Part shown: in pieces, positions 29,421 to 39,696 of the stretch
Numbering within the stretch: the first letter of the stretch is position 1
Layout of the letters: every line of letters starts with the position of its first letter
From: Vicinamibacteria bacterium
Lineage (GTDB): Bacteria; Acidobacteriota; Vicinamibacteria; Fen-336
Reading direction: 5' to 3'
NCBI GenBank assembly: GCA_035577965.1
Contig: DATJYX010000131.1
Span: forward strand, 14,629-78,628
Length of the DNA stretch: 64,000 nt
Made by a program: the position numbers and the translations under genes
Notes under the pieces: model-generated
The model's database searches: none
Told to the model about the DNA's origin: nothing
What the model saw: the letters and a program-made list of their open reading frames with translations, nothing else

Positions 29421-31919
29421 GTGGGGAAGCGTATCAGAACCGCGCCCGCCCCGGCCGACCACGGTGAAGCGCCGTCTCACCGTCTCCCCCCGCTCGTCCA
29501 CCAGGACGAGGACGTGCGGCCCGGGACGGGGGGCGAGGGCCATCTCGTGCACGTCGATCGTCTCGCCGAGGTACTCGTCGTCGAGGTGCCAGAAGACGCG
29601 CGCCGCCTTGTCCCGGTGCGCGGCCTCGAAGACGACCCGGCCCGTCGAGCCGTCCATCTCCAGGGGGACGAGCACGCTCGCTCCTTCCCGCGGGTACACG
29701 AAGGAGAGGGCGGCGGCGCCCGCCGCGCCCATCTGGGCGCGGCAGTCCGGCCGGAAAGGCGGCGGCGGCCGATAGTCGGCGTGGAGGCGTCGGTAGTGCA
29801 CCTCGAGCGCCGGAGGCAGGACGAACCACGGCGCGGTACGAATCGTCTCCACGGGCTCGCAGTCGGCGTGGACCTGCCACTGGCCGGTCGGGTCGGTGTG
29901 GACGAGCCGGCAGAACGTGCAGGGCGGCGAGTCGAGCCCTCCGGTGGGCACGAGCTCCGCGCGCCGCGTCTCGCAGCTCGGCCCCGCCCGCATCCCGCTC
30001 CGCGCGCACACGTCCACGTCGACGAGGCCCTCCGCGGGGACGGGGAAGAAGGGGCCTCCGGGCAGAGAGTCGAACACGTCGAAGAGAATCGGGGCCGCCG
30101 CCGAGTGGCCGGTGAGGCCGGGACGGCCCTCGCCGGAGGCGTTCCCGACCCAGATCCCCACCGCGTGGCGTGGCGTGACGCCGACCGCCCACGCGTCGCG
30201 GAACCCGTAGCTCGTGCCCGTCTTCCACGCGACCTTCCGCGCCGAGCCGAAGGATCGCCAGGACACCTCGTCGCCCGGGCGCTCGACCTCGAGCATGGCC
30301 CGCAGCGTCAGGTAGCTCGCCGCGGGGCCGAGCGGCGACGCCGTCCCGAGGGACCCCGAAGGGCCGCGTCCCGACGGATTGGCCCGCGAGCGGCCCGCCG
30401 GGCCAGCGATGGGAGCGGAACCTCCCCGCTCGGCGGGCCTCGGCTCGCAGCTCGGGGCGAAGAACGCTCCCCGAGCCTCGCCCGCCGTAGGGGCGAGCGC
30501 AGAGCGGGCGAGACCCGCGTAGACGCCGGTCACGTCCCAGAGCGTGCCCTCCGCCCCGCCGAGGATGAGGGCGAGGCCGTAGTGCTCCCCGGGCCGGTCG
30601 AGCGTCGTGATCCCCAGCCGGCGCAGCACCGAGCAGAACCGGTCCACGCCGTGCGCCCGAAGCATGCGGACGGCGGGTACGTTCAGGGAGCGGGCGAGCG
30701 CCTGCGCGGCGGGAACGGCACCCGCGTACTCGCGGTCGAAGTTCTCGGGGTGGAAGCTGCCGATGTGGGTGGGCACGTCGGGCACGAGCTGGGTCGGGAG
30801 CACCTCGCCGGCCTCCAGCATGGAGGCGAAGAGGAGGGGCTTCAGCACGCTGCCCGTGCTGCGGGGGGCGGCCACGACGTCGACGTGCTCGCCGTGCTCG
30901 TCCGCCTCCGGGGGCCACTGGTTCCCGACGTACGCCAGCACCTCGCCGGTCGGGACGTCGAGGACGAGGGCGGCGGCGTTGAAGACGCCGTTCTCGGCGA
31001 GGACCCGCCGGTGGCGGCCGAGGACCTCGGCGAGCCGCTGCTGGACGGAGAGCCGGAGAGTCGTCCGCACCCACGGGCTCGCGTCGCCGGCCTGGAAGCG
31101 GCGCGGCCGCCGCTCGGACCGGACCCGCGCGACGAGGTGCGGGGCGAGCATGGGCACCTTCTCCGGCGCGGGCGGCAGCCGCTCGCGCTTCGCGAGCTCC
31201 GCGCTCAGGGGATCGATCACGCCCCGCTGCCGCAGCGCGTCGAGCAGGCGATTCCGCTTCGAGAGCAGGAGGTCGCGGTTCCGCCCGGGGTAGACGAGCG
31301 CGGGCGCGTTCGGGAGGACGGCGAGGGTCGCCGCCTCGGCCCACGAGAGCTGGCGCGCCGCCCGGCCGAAGTAGCGCCAGGCCGCCGCGTCGAGGCCCAC
31401 CGTGTTGCCGCCGAATGGCGCGTAGGCGGCGTAGAGGCCGAGGACCTGCTCCTTCGAGAGCGAGAGGGTGAGGCGCACGGCGAGCACCGCCTCCACCGCC
31501 TTCTCGACGAGCGTGCGCGGACGGCCTTTCCGGGCGAGGCGCACCACCTGCATGGTGAGCGTGCTGCCGCCGCTCACCACGCGCCCTCGGCGCACGTCCG
31601 TGGCCGCGGCCCGGACGAGGGCCAGCGGGTCCACTCCGGGGTGAAAGCGGAACCGGCGGTCCTCGAAGGTGGTGATCGCAGCCGCGAACTTCTCCGGCAC
31701 CGCCTCGGCGACGCCGAAGCGCCACTGGCCGTCGGCCGCGATCGAGGCCCCGAGCAGCTGGCCGTCGCGGTCGAGCACGACGGTCGAGAGCGGGTCGTCG
31801 AAGGAGACGACCGGCACCAGCAGCCAGAAGGCCGAGAGAAGGAGGCCGATCCCTGCGCCGACGCGCACGGGCGTTCGCCGGACGGACCGGAACCATCGCG
31901 AGGGGAAGACCCGTCTCAT
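29382..31919 (-). CDS. pbpC: penicillin-binding protein 1C (GT51 transglycosylase plus transpeptidase)
   Basis: GGSTLTMQVVRL GT51 motifs, transpeptidase domain and PBP1C-type C-terminal domain. The annotated 3' end overlaps the tRNA. Confidence 0.85.
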   Translation of the reverse strand: MRRVFPSRWFRSVRRTPVRVGAGIGLLLSAFWLLVPVVSFDDPLSTVVLDRDGQLLGASIAADGQWRFGVAEAVPEKFAAAITTFEDRRFRFHPGVDPLALVRAAATDVRRGRVVSGGSTLTMQVVRLARKGRPRTLVEKAVEAVLAVRLTLSLSKEQVLGLYAAYAPFGGNTVGLDAAAWRYFGRAARQLSWAEAATLAVLPNAPALVYPGRNRDLLLSKRNRLLDALRQRGVIDPLSAELAKRERLPPAPEKVPMLAPHLVARVRSERRPRRFQAGDASPWVRTTLRLSVQQRLAEVLGRHRRVLAENGVFNAAALVLDVPTGEVLAYVGNQWPPEADEHGEHVDVVAAPRSTGSVLKPLLFASMLEAGEVLPTQLVPDVPTHIGSFHPENFDREYAGAVPAAQALARSLNVPAVRMLRAHGVDRFCSVLRRLGITTLDRPGEHYGLALILGGAEGTLWDVTGVYAGLARSALAPTAGEARGAFFAPSCEPRPAERGGSAPIAGPAGRSRANPSGRGPSGSLGTASPLGPAASYLTLRAMLEVERPGDEVSWRSFGSARKVAWKTGTSYGFRDAWAVGVTPRHAVGIWVGNASGEGRPGLTGHSAAAPILFDVFDSLPGGPFFPVPAEGLVDVDVCARSGMRAGPSCETRRAELVPTGGLDSPPCTFCRLVHTDPTGQWQVHADCEPVETIRTAPWFVLPPALEVHYRRLHADYRPPPPFRPDCRAQMGAAGAAALSFVYPREGASVLVPLEMDGSTGRVVFEAAHRDKAARVFWHLDDEYLGETIDVHEMALAPRPGPHVLVLVDERGETVRRRFTVVGRGGRGSDTLPHGPVVQLVRTAGS

Positions 31920-31920
31920 G

Positions 31921-34900
31921 CTACCGCCCCGGGAGCACCACCTCGACCCACTGCCCCTTCGCCCGGGCGTTGAGGGTCGCGTCGTACATCGCCTCCACCG
32001 TCACCATCGGCAGGTAGAAGCGTCCGAGGTAGGCGGCGTGGAGCCCGACCTCGACCGTCTTCGTCTCGCCCGCGCGCAGGTCGAAGTAGGTGTAGAGGCG
32101 GTCGTCGCGCACGTCCTGGTACTCGAAGGGGGACGCGACCCGCGCCCGGCTCGGGTCGAGGCGGTCGTTCCGGATCTCCCAGCCCGAGGCCACCACGTGC
32201 GCGAGCGCCACCTCCCGGTAGTCCCCGCGCACGCCGGAGTTCGTGACCTTCACCACGGCCTTGAAGTCTGTGCCCTGGGGGATCCGGGACGGGTCGAGCG
32301 GCTTGCCGTCCGCCGTCAGGTACTGCACGTTGAGGGTGAAGCCGTTCGAGGCTGCGGTCTCGCGCCCGACCGGAGGGAGGCCGGAGAGGATGAGCCGCGG
32401 GTAGAGCAGGGCGGTACCCGTGTTGCGGACGACGAGCTTCGGCGCGGCCTTCCCGACCTCGAGCTTCCGCTCGACGACCGCCGAGGCGGACGTGACGGCG
32501 GTGGCGGCCCCGCCCGCCCACTCGAAGGAGAAGGCGGTCTTCGCCTCGCCCTTCGTGTCGGAAGCGGCCTTCGCGAGGGCGAGGAGGGCGTAGGCCGTCT
32601 CCTGCGTGCTGAGCCAGGCGTTCTTCGAAAGCGACTCGGAGAGGCCCTTCGCGAGGGGTCCGATGTGCTCGGGCAGCTCGAGCAGCACCACCGCCTCGAG
32701 CACCATGGCCCGGTCGCGGAGGTCGGAGCCGTAGGTGAAGCCCAGCTCGCGGTAGGGAGAGATCGTCACCGGACTGCGAGTGACGAGGGCGCGCGCCGCC
32801 TCCGGCTGGCCGGCGAGCTGGTAGGTGGCGGCGAGGCGCCACTTCGCCGCGACGGGCAGGCTCGTCCGCTCGCGGAGCTGGTTCATGGCGGGCAGCTCCG
32901 GCGCTCCGGCGAGGGCGAGCGTGAAGAGGCGGTAGGCCTGGGTGAGCTCCCGAGCCCCGGTGGAAGCGCCGGGCTCCTGTCCTTCGCCCGGTGCCCAGGC
33001 CCGGGCCCTTCGCCTCTGGAACGCCGTCCACTGGTCGAGGAGGCCCGGCGGCAGGAGGTATCCCGCCTTCTGCGCCTCGACCGCGAAGTGGCCGGCGTAG
33101 TTCGTGGCCCAGTCGGCCGAGTCGTCGTCCCCCGGCCAGTAGCCGAAGCCCCCGTCCGAGGTCTGGAATCGACGCAGGCGCTCGAGGGCCGCCTTGACGT
33201 TCGACTGGACGCGGGCCTGCCTCTCGGCCGAGAGCTCGAGGAGCTTGCCGAGGTAGAGCTGGGGGAAGGCGGCGGAGACCGTCTGCTCGATGCACCCGTG
33301 CGGGTAGGAGGTGAGGTACTCGAGCCGCCGGCCGAGGTCGAGCGGGGGCACGCGGGAGACCTCGAGCGTCGCCTGGTTCGTGCCGGCGACGCCGGGCAGC
33401 GCGAAGTCGGGGGTCCAGGTCTCACCGGCCCTGACCATTCCCCCGACGACGTCGACCACGCGAGCCGTCGAGCTGCGGACGTCCAGCTCGATTCTCTGGC
33501 CGGCCTTCTCCGTCCCCGAGGTGGCGGTGACGGTGGCCGTGGCGACGCCGAGGCCGGGCCTCGTGCGCAGGCGGAAGTCCACCACCTCGTCTCCCACCGC
33601 CTTGAACGTGACCGTCTTCTTTCCCTCGGCCGCCACCTCGAGAGGGCCCGTGGCCGTGACGGTCAGCGTCACCTCCTTCACCTTCGGCTCGAGAGCGAAG
33701 ACCGACACCGGCAGCGCCACGTCCTCCTCGGGGCCGAGGACGCGGGGGAGCGTCGCGAGGAGCATGAGCGGGCGGCGCACGAAGGCCGACTTCTCGGCGG
33801 CGCCGAACGCCCCGTCGCGACCGGCCACGACCATGACCCGCACCGCGCCCACGTACTGGGGGATGTCGACCCTGTGCGTGCCGATGGCCCTCGCCGCGAG
33901 GCGGAACGGGCCCAGGAAGCGCACCATGGGCGGGAAGCGGTTGGCCCGGCGGCCCTTGGCCGAGACCCCCGCCTCGTCGCCGCCGATCGCCAGCATCCGC
34001 TCCATGGCCGCGCCATAGGCGCCGACCACCTCGTCGTAGAGGTCCCACGTCCGCACGGCGAGCGCCTCGCGCGCGTAGAAGGTGTCCCACGGGTTCGGAG
34101 TCTGGAAGCGCGTGAGGCCGAGGAGGCCTTCGTCCACGACCGCCAGCGTGTAGGCCATGGGCCGGCCCGTCGCCTCGCGGACGGTGATCGTGCCCGCGCT
34201 CTCCGGGGCGAGGACCTCGGGCACCTCGAGGACGGGCTGGAGGCGGGTCTGGGGATTCACCACCTTGACGGGCGCGACGCCGTAGAGGCGAATCGGCAGG
34301 TCGTTCGCGGTCTGCGCGTGGGGCTGGAGGAGCGTCACGTGCGCGTAGACGTTCGGGGCCATCTCCGGGGTCGCGGTGAACGTGTATCGCGTCTCCTGGC
34401 CCTTCACCTCGATCCACTCGGTGCGCAGGACGCGCGAGCCCGACTCGAGGCTCACCAGGCCGCGGCCCTTCTGGGGCGTAGGGATGGCGAGGGTCACGGT
34501 CTCGCCCGGGGCGTACTCCGGCTTGTCGGGAGCGAAGGCGAGGACCGTCGCCCCGCCCCCCGTCTCCTTCCGGCCGCGGCCCGCCCACCCGGGCCAGTCG
34601 ACGTAGACGACCGTTCCCGTGCGGTGGCCGCCCGCCTTGTCGGCGGCGGTGATCAAGTAGCGGCCCCAGTCGGGGTACTTGATCTCGAACGTCCAGGCCC
34701 CGGCCCCGTTCGTCACCTTGACCGTCGAGGAGTCGAGCGGCGTGTGGACGTTCGCGTCGGCCCACGCGGCGAGGTCCTCCTCGCCCTTCTCCCACCACCA
34801 GCGCCAGTCGATCTTGTAGAGCCTCACCTCCACCTCGCCATCGCCGGCCGGCGCGCCGTCTGGGTCCAGGAGCGCCACGTCGAGGCGGTGCTTGGTGTCG

Positions 34901-37500
34901 GTGAGCAGCATGCCGCGCGCCTTGTCGCCCTTCGGCGTCCGGATGCCGACGTAGCGCTCGTAGGGGGAGTAGGGGATGCTGAACCGGTCGATGCTGAAGG
35001 CCCCGCCCGGCTCGAAGACGCGGGTCGTGAGGTCGGCCCGCAGCTTGCCGGGAGCGACCGCCTCCGCCGCGAGCGCGGCGTCGATCCGCGCCTTTCCGGT
35101 CTCGTCGAGGCTCCCCTCGAAGATCTTCTGCCGCTCGGTCGCGTACTTCCGCGTGGGGTCGTCGAAGACGTACTCCTCGAACCGCTTGAAGGCGGTCCGG
35201 GCCGGCGAGAGGGCGAGCTCGACGTCCGCCTTGAGGCTTCGGGCGGGGGCGCCGTGGAGCCAGGCCGAGGTGAGGACGCCCGACATCCGGCTCTTCGCGC
35301 GGAGCTCCGCCGTGGCGAAGTCCATGGCGATCTTCAGCCGGTTGGGCATGACCGTCTCGACCTTCAGGGTCTTGTCGAAGGTCGCCCCGCCCACGCTCAC
35401 CCGCCCCGTGTAGTTGCCGGTCGGAGCGTCGGGCGCCGTCGCGACGTCGAACGCGTAGAAGCCGTCCGTCGACTGGGTGCGCGTGACCGTCCGGACGAGC
35501 TGGCCCCGCGGGTCCAGGAGGTCGAGGCGCACCGGATGGTCGGCGGCGATCCGCTTCGTCGGGTCGTGGAGGATGAACGTGAGGTGCATGACGTCGCCCG
35601 GGCGCCAGATCCCGCGCTCGCCGTACAGGAAGCCCTTGAGGCCCTTCGGGGCGCGGGTGCCGGCCACGTCGAAGTGGGCGACGGGGAGAGCGGAGCCGGC
35701 GTCGAGGCGCAGGTACCCGGTCTGCCCGGCGTGCCGGACCGTGGCGAGGAAGGCCGGCCTCTCGACCGGCATCCGCGCGATCCCGTCGCGGTCGGTCCGG
35801 CCGGCGGCGAGCGTCTGCTGCTGGTAGTCGAGGAGCGTCACCTCCGCGCCCGGGACGGGATCGGTGGTGCGGAGGTCGGTGACGAACACGGTCACGGTGT
35901 CGTCCTCGCCCGCTTTGGCCATGAGCCCCAGGTCGGAGACGAGCACGTTGCGCGCGGCCCGGATGTCGTGGTCGTAGAAGCGCTGGTAGTAGGCGGGGTG
36001 GCAGGGGTTGTCGCGGTTCTCGAACCGCTGCTCCCAGTTGCCGGCCTCGCCCTCCTCCCAGCTGTCCCAGTTGCTCTGCTCCTGCTCGTCGTCGACGCCC
36101 CTCGCCACGGGCTCGGGCTCGGCCGTCGGCCGGCCCTCGCAGGGCCACACGACGTGCGAGCGGCGGAAGGACAAGGTGAGGCGGTACATCCCGCCCGGGC
36201 TCCGCGCGAGGAGCGGTTGCACGTCGAGCCCCACCGGCATCCAGCGGTTCTCCTTGTCCGGGGTGAGGTCGAGGGGGAGAGTTCTCGTCCAGACGACGCG
36301 GCCCACCCGGCGGAGCTCCTGCTCGCCCTCCAGGTTGTTCACCTGGAGGAACTGCGGCATGTTGGAGGAGGGGATGAGCATCGCCTCCACCGTCACCGCC
36401 CGGAGGTTCACCGCCTCCACGGGCACGGTGAAGCCGGCCGAGGTGGGCAGCACGACGCCCTTGCCCGCGAAGCGCACGGCCGGCTTCAGGAGCTCGAACC
36501 GCACGGTGAGCTCGCGGGCCTCCTTCATCCGGTAGCCGAGAACGTTGCGGACGCCCGCCTCCACGCGCACCGTCTGCTCGCCGCGCCAGCCCTTCGTCCC
36601 GTAGACCTCGACGAGGCTTCCGTCGATCACGAACCGGAGGTCGTCGCGGTCGGCTATCCGCACGAGGCCCTTCAGGTTCTGCCCGGGCTTGAGGGGGTCG
36701 GTGAAGCGCAGCTCGACGTGCGGGTCGGGCGTCGCGACCGCGAGCGCCTGGTCCACGGCGAAGGTGTCGAGCCCGCTCACCGCGACCTCGCGGGCCTCTC
36801 TCCGCGGGACGCCGATCGGGCCTCCGTCCCACGCCAGGCGCAGCGCGGTCGCCTGCTCGGCCCGCACGATCCCGCCGACGGTGAAGGCGTGGACACGGCG
36901 GTCCGCCTGGTGGGCCCAGGACACGGGAAGCTCGCGCCCGCCGTGCGACGCGCGCAGGACCTTCTCGACCGCGGCGGCGTCCTCCACGTCGGCCGTCACG
37001 AGGCGGCCGGTGAGGGCCTGGCGCTTCACGTCGGTCGCGCCCTCGGACCGGAGCCCGTCCACCGCCACGTCGAACGACTGGCGCATGGTCGAGAAGGAGA
37101 AGTCGAAGCGCGCGATCGTCGCCTTGCCGCCCGGGAAGAGGGGGCCGAGATCGAGGCTCGCCGCGTAGGTCTGGCCGTCGGGCAGCCGCTCGGCCGGACG
37201 GAACTCGACGCGGTCGGCCGCCGCCCAGACCGCCGTGCCCGCGATCCGCGGCTCGAACCGGAAGGGCGAGTTCTCGAGGGGGAGGCCGACCTGCTCCGGT
37301 CGGGCGACCGCCTCGTGGAAGGCCACGCGGATCGGGCTCTCGCGCGAGATGGTGCCGCTCGTGAACGCGGCGACGACCGCCTTCTCGGCCTCGGTGAGCT
37401 CGCCCCGCTCGCGGATCTTCGGCGCGCGCCGGCACGCCGCGGCCACCGCGAGAAGGCACAGCACGGCCGACACGGACCGCAGATGGCGTCGCATGGTCAC
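31921..37500 (-). CDS. bacterial alpha-2-macroglobulin family lipoprotein (YfhM-like)
   Basis: 1859 aa; lipobox LLAVAAAC; thioester motif GCIEQ inside YPHGCIEQTVSAAF; MG domains. Sits immediately upstream of pbpC. Confidence 0.85.
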   Translation of the reverse strand: MTMRRHLRSVSAVLCLLAVAAACRRAPKIRERGELTEAEKAVVAAFTSGTISRESPIRVAFHEAVARPEQVGLPLENSPFRFEPRIAGTAVWAAADRVEFRPAERLPDGQTYAASLDLGPLFPGGKATIARFDFSFSTMRQSFDVAVDGLRSEGATDVKRQALTGRLVTADVEDAAAVEKVLRASHGGRELPVSWAHQADRRVHAFTVGGIVRAEQATALRLAWDGGPIGVPRREAREVAVSGLDTFAVDQALAVATPDPHVELRFTDPLKPGQNLKGLVRIADRDDLRFVIDGSLVEVYGTKGWRGEQTVRVEAGVRNVLGYRMKEARELTVRFELLKPAVRFAGKGVVLPTSAGFTVPVEAVNLRAVTVEAMLIPSSNMPQFLQVNNLEGEQELRRVGRVVWTRTLPLDLTPDKENRWMPVGLDVQPLLARSPGGMYRLTLSFRRSHVVWPCEGRPTAEPEPVARGVDDEQEQSNWDSWEEGEAGNWEQRFENRDNPCHPAYYQRFYDHDIRAARNVLVSDLGLMAKAGEDDTVTVFVTDLRTTDPVPGAEVTLLDYQQQTLAAGRTDRDGIARMPVERPAFLATVRHAGQTGYLRLDAGSALPVAHFDVAGTRAPKGLKGFLYGERGIWRPGDVMHLTFILHDPTKRIAADHPVRLDLLDPRGQLVRTVTRTQSTDGFYAFDVATAPDAPTGNYTGRVSVGGATFDKTLKVETVMPNRLKIAMDFATAELRAKSRMSGVLTSAWLHGAPARSLKADVELALSPARTAFKRFEEYVFDDPTRKYATERQKIFEGSLDETGKARIDAALAAEAVAPGKLRADLTTRVFEPGGAFSIDRFSIPYSPYERYVGIRTPKGDKARGMLLTDTKHRLDVALLDPDGAPAGDGEVEVRLYKIDWRWWWEKGEEDLAAWADANVHTPLDSSTVKVTNGAGAWTFEIKYPDWGRYLITAADKAGGHRTGTVVYVDWPGWAGRGRKETGGGATVLAFAPDKPEYAPGETVTLAIPTPQKGRGLVSLESGSRVLRTEWIEVKGQETRYTFTATPEMAPNVYAHVTLLQPHAQTANDLPIRLYGVAPVKVVNPQTRLQPVLEVPEVLAPESAGTITVREATGRPMAYTLAVVDEGLLGLTRFQTPNPWDTFYAREALAVRTWDLYDEVVGAYGAAMERMLAIGGDEAGVSAKGRRANRFPPMVRFLGPFRLAARAIGTHRVDIPQYVGAVRVMVVAGRDGAFGAAEKSAFVRRPLMLLATLPRVLGPEEDVALPVSVFALEPKVKEVTLTVTATGPLEVAAEGKKTVTFKAVGDEVVDFRLRTRPGLGVATATVTATSGTEKAGQRIELDVRSSTARVVDVVGGMVRAGETWTPDFALPGVAGTNQATLEVSRVPPLDLGRRLEYLTSYPHGCIEQTVSAAFPQLYLGKLLELSAERQARVQSNVKAALERLRRFQTSDGGFGYWPGDDDSADWATNYAGHFAVEAQKAGYLLPPGLLDQWTAFQRRRARAWAPGEGQEPGASTGARELTQAYRLFTLALAGAPELPAMNQLRERTSLPVAAKWRLAATYQLAGQPEAARALVTRSPVTISPYRELGFTYGSDLRDRAMVLEAVVLLELPEHIGPLAKGLSESLSKNAWLSTQETAYALLALAKAASDTKGEAKTAFSFEWAGGAATAVTSASAVVERKLEVGKAAPKLVVRNTGTALLYPRLILSGLPPVGRETAASNGFTLNVQYLTADGKPLDPSRIPQGTDFKAVVKVTNSGVRGDYREVALAHVVASGWEIRNDRLDPSRARVASPFEYQDVRDDRLYTYFDLRAGETKTVEVGLHAAYLGRFYLPMVTVEAMYDATLNARAKGQWVEVVLPGR

Positions 37501-37569
37501 CCCCGCCCGCGCGGTCCCTCCCGCGCAGAGCGCGATTCTAGTCGGAAGGGACGGGGCCGTCCTCGCGGC

Positions 37570-38787
37570 TCAGCCCGCGCCGCTGACCTCCCGGAGCCGG
37601 CGCTCCAGGTAGAGGCGCTCGGCATCGCTGGTGACGAGCTGCAGGGCCCGCTCGTAGGCGCCCGCCGCATCGGCGCGTCGGCCCAGCCTGCGCAGGATGT
37701 CCGCCTTCGCCGCGGGCAGGAGGTGGTAGGCCGCGAGCTCCCCTCCCGCCTCCAGCTCCTCGACGAGCCGCAGGCCGCGCTCGAGCCCCTCCGCCATCGC
37801 GACCGCCGCCGCGTGGTTGAGGGCCACGACCGGCGAGGGGTGCAGGCGGAGCAGGAGCGAGTAGAGGGCGGCGATCTGCGGCCAGTCGGTGAGCGTCGCC
37901 TCTGCAGCCTGGGCGTGGACGGCCGCGATCGCCGCCTGCAGCGCGTAGAAGCCGACCCCCCCGCGCCGCACCGCCTCCTCGGCGAGGAGTCGTCCCTCCT
38001 CGATCTCCCCGCGGTCCCACCGCGAGCGGTCCTGCTCCTCCAGGGTCACGAGATCGCCGCTCTCGTCGTGGCGGGCCGCCCGTCGCGAGTCGTGCAGGAG
38101 CATGAGGGCGAGGAGGCCCCCCACCTCGCTCGAGCTCGGGAGCAGCGTGCGGAGGAGGCGACCGAGACGGATCGCCTCCCGGCAGAGATCGTGGCGACCC
38201 CGCACGTCCCCGTAGCCCTCGTTGAAGACGAGGTAGACGACGCGCAGCACTCCGTCCACGCGCTCGGGCAGATCGTCGCTTCCCGGCACCGCGTAGGAGA
38301 TGCGGGCCGCCCGGATCTTCCCCTTGGCCCGCACGAGCCTCTGCGCCATCGTCGCCGGGGAGACGAGGAAGGCGCGCGCGATCTGCTCGACCGAGAGGCC
38401 GCACAGGGTCTTGAGGGTCAGGGCGACCTGGGCCTCGAGGGCGAGCGCGGGGTGGCAGCAGGTGAAGATGAGGCGCATCAGGTCGTCCGGGAAGGGCTCG
38501 TCGGCGAGCTCGGAAGGCGAGACCGCCCCGCCCCCGAGGTACGCGATCTCCGCCGTCTTGGCGGCGAGGCTCCTCTCGCGGCGGATCCGGTCGATCGCCT
38601 TGTGGCGCGCCGCGGAGACGAGCCACGCGCGGGGGTTTCGTGGGGGCTCGCCCCGCGGCCACTTCTGAAGCGCGGCGGCGAAGGCCTCCTGCAGCGACTC
38701 CTCCGCGAGGTCGAAGTCGCCCAGCAGGCGGATGAGCGTGGCGAGGGCGCGCGGTCGCTCCTCGCGGTAGAGGGCCTCGAAGTCCAT
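37570..38787 (-). CDS. ECF-type RNA polymerase sigma factor with long C-terminal extension (COG4941-like)
   Basis: Sigma-70 region 2 and 4 (LQEAFAAALQKW...AWLVSAARHKAIDRIRRER) plus ~250-aa C-terminal helical domain. Confidence 0.75.
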   Translation of the reverse strand: MDFEALYREERPRALATLIRLLGDFDLAEESLQEAFAAALQKWPRGEPPRNPRAWLVSAARHKAIDRIRRERSLAAKTAEIAYLGGGAVSPSELADEPFPDDLMRLIFTCCHPALALEAQVALTLKTLCGLSVEQIARAFLVSPATMAQRLVRAKGKIRAARISYAVPGSDDLPERVDGVLRVVYLVFNEGYGDVRGRHDLCREAIRLGRLLRTLLPSSSEVGGLLALMLLHDSRRAARHDESGDLVTLEEQDRSRWDRGEIEEGRLLAEEAVRRGGVGFYALQAAIAAVHAQAAEATLTDWPQIAALYSLLLRLHPSPVVALNHAAAVAMAEGLERGLRLVEELEAGGELAAYHLLPAAKADILRRLGRRADAAGAYERALQLVTSDAERLYLERRLREVSGAG

Positions 38788-38829
38788 GGCTCTCCGCCCG
38801 GCGGCGCCACGCCGCCGGGCGGCGTGCGG

Positions 38830-39189
38830 TCAGTCGACGGGCGGCGTGGGCATGATCGGGCGCACCTCGATCGAGCCCGTGCGCGCCCCGGGGATGCCGG
38901 CGGCGAGGCGGATGGCCTCGTCCAGGTCCTTGGCCTCCACCAGGAAGAACCCGCCGAGCTGCTCGCGGGTCTCGGCGAACGGCCCGTCCGTGGTCAGGGT
39001 CTTGCCGTCCTTCACGCGCACCGTCGTGGCGCTCGAGACCGGCTGAAGCGCCTGGCCGCCGAGGTAGTTCCCGCTCCTGCGGATCCCCCGGGAGTAGTCC
39101 ATGTACTCCTGGAAGATCTTCCCCCGCTCGGCCTCGGAGAGGCCGTTCCCGACCGACTCGCTCTCGTAGATCAGCAACAGGTACTTCAT
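38830..39189 (-). CDS. YCII-related domain protein
   Basis: MKYLLLIYESE...GPFAETREQLGGFFLVEAKDLDEAIRLAAGIP; classic YciI-like fold. Upstream part of the track ORF is rejected. Confidence 0.7.
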   Translation of the reverse strand: MKYLLLIYESESVGNGLSEAERGKIFQEYMDYSRGIRRSGNYLGGQALQPVSSATTVRVKDGKTLTTDGPFAETREQLGGFFLVEAKDLDEAIRLAAGIPGARTGSIEVRPIMPTPPVD

Positions 39190-39500
39190 CTCGTTCCCCC
39201 TCTCCCCGGCACGAGGTCCGGCCCGTCGGCATGGTAGACCGTGACCATCTCGTGCGGGGTCCCCGGGAAGACCGTCTCCACGACCGCGGAGCCCGACGCG
39301 GCCACGGCGTACCGCGACACGAGGTCTCCCTTCTTCGCCATCTCGCCGTCCTCGGCGGCCACCCAGTCGCCGGCGAGGGCCTTGAGCCTCGCCAGTCCGA
39401 AGGGCACCGGCCTGCCGCCGCCGGCCGGCGGGGCGGCCGTCACGGCCACCGCGCCGAGTACGGCCGCCGCCAAGAGGGCGGCCCGTCGCGTGTGTTCGAG
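39186..39500 (-). CDS. small secreted hypothetical protein
   Basis: MLEHTRRAALLAAAVLGAVAVTAAPPAGG signal peptide; ATGA overlap with the YCII gene start. Confidence 0.4.
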   Translation of the reverse strand, partial: LEHTRRAALLAAAVLGAVAVTAAPPAGGGRPVPFGLARLKALAGDWVAAEDGEMAKKGDLVSRYAVAASGSAVVETVFPGTPHEMVTVYHADGPDLVPGRGGTR

Positions 39501-39696
39501 CATTTGAGCCTCCTTCCACCGTGGGCGCCGAGCCCACGACCGGGGGCGCCCCGTGCGCCTCCCGCTCTGTAGTCGAACGGGCGGGCGCGGAATCGACAGC
39601 GCGGCCGCGGAAGCGACCCGCGGCTCACTCCGCGGTTGGACTTGGGCGATCATTCCGTACCAGAATCCCCGGACCTTCCCGGAGGCTCTCCCCATG

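Noticed and set aside
33422-37459. 1345-aa minus-strand ORF inside the alpha-2-macroglobulin gene
   Set aside because: It is an alternative frame of the same strand. The translation is an Arg/Gly/Pro-rich repeat with no domain similarity, while the adjacent frame carries the thioester and MG domains.
31669-39237. 2522-aa plus-strand ORF spanning 7.5 kb
   Set aside because: Antisense to the alpha-2-macroglobulin, ECF sigma and YCII genes, which have clear family signatures. It is low-complexity and rich in Arg/Gly/Ala/Pro, as expected from stop-codon depletion in 72% GC DNA.
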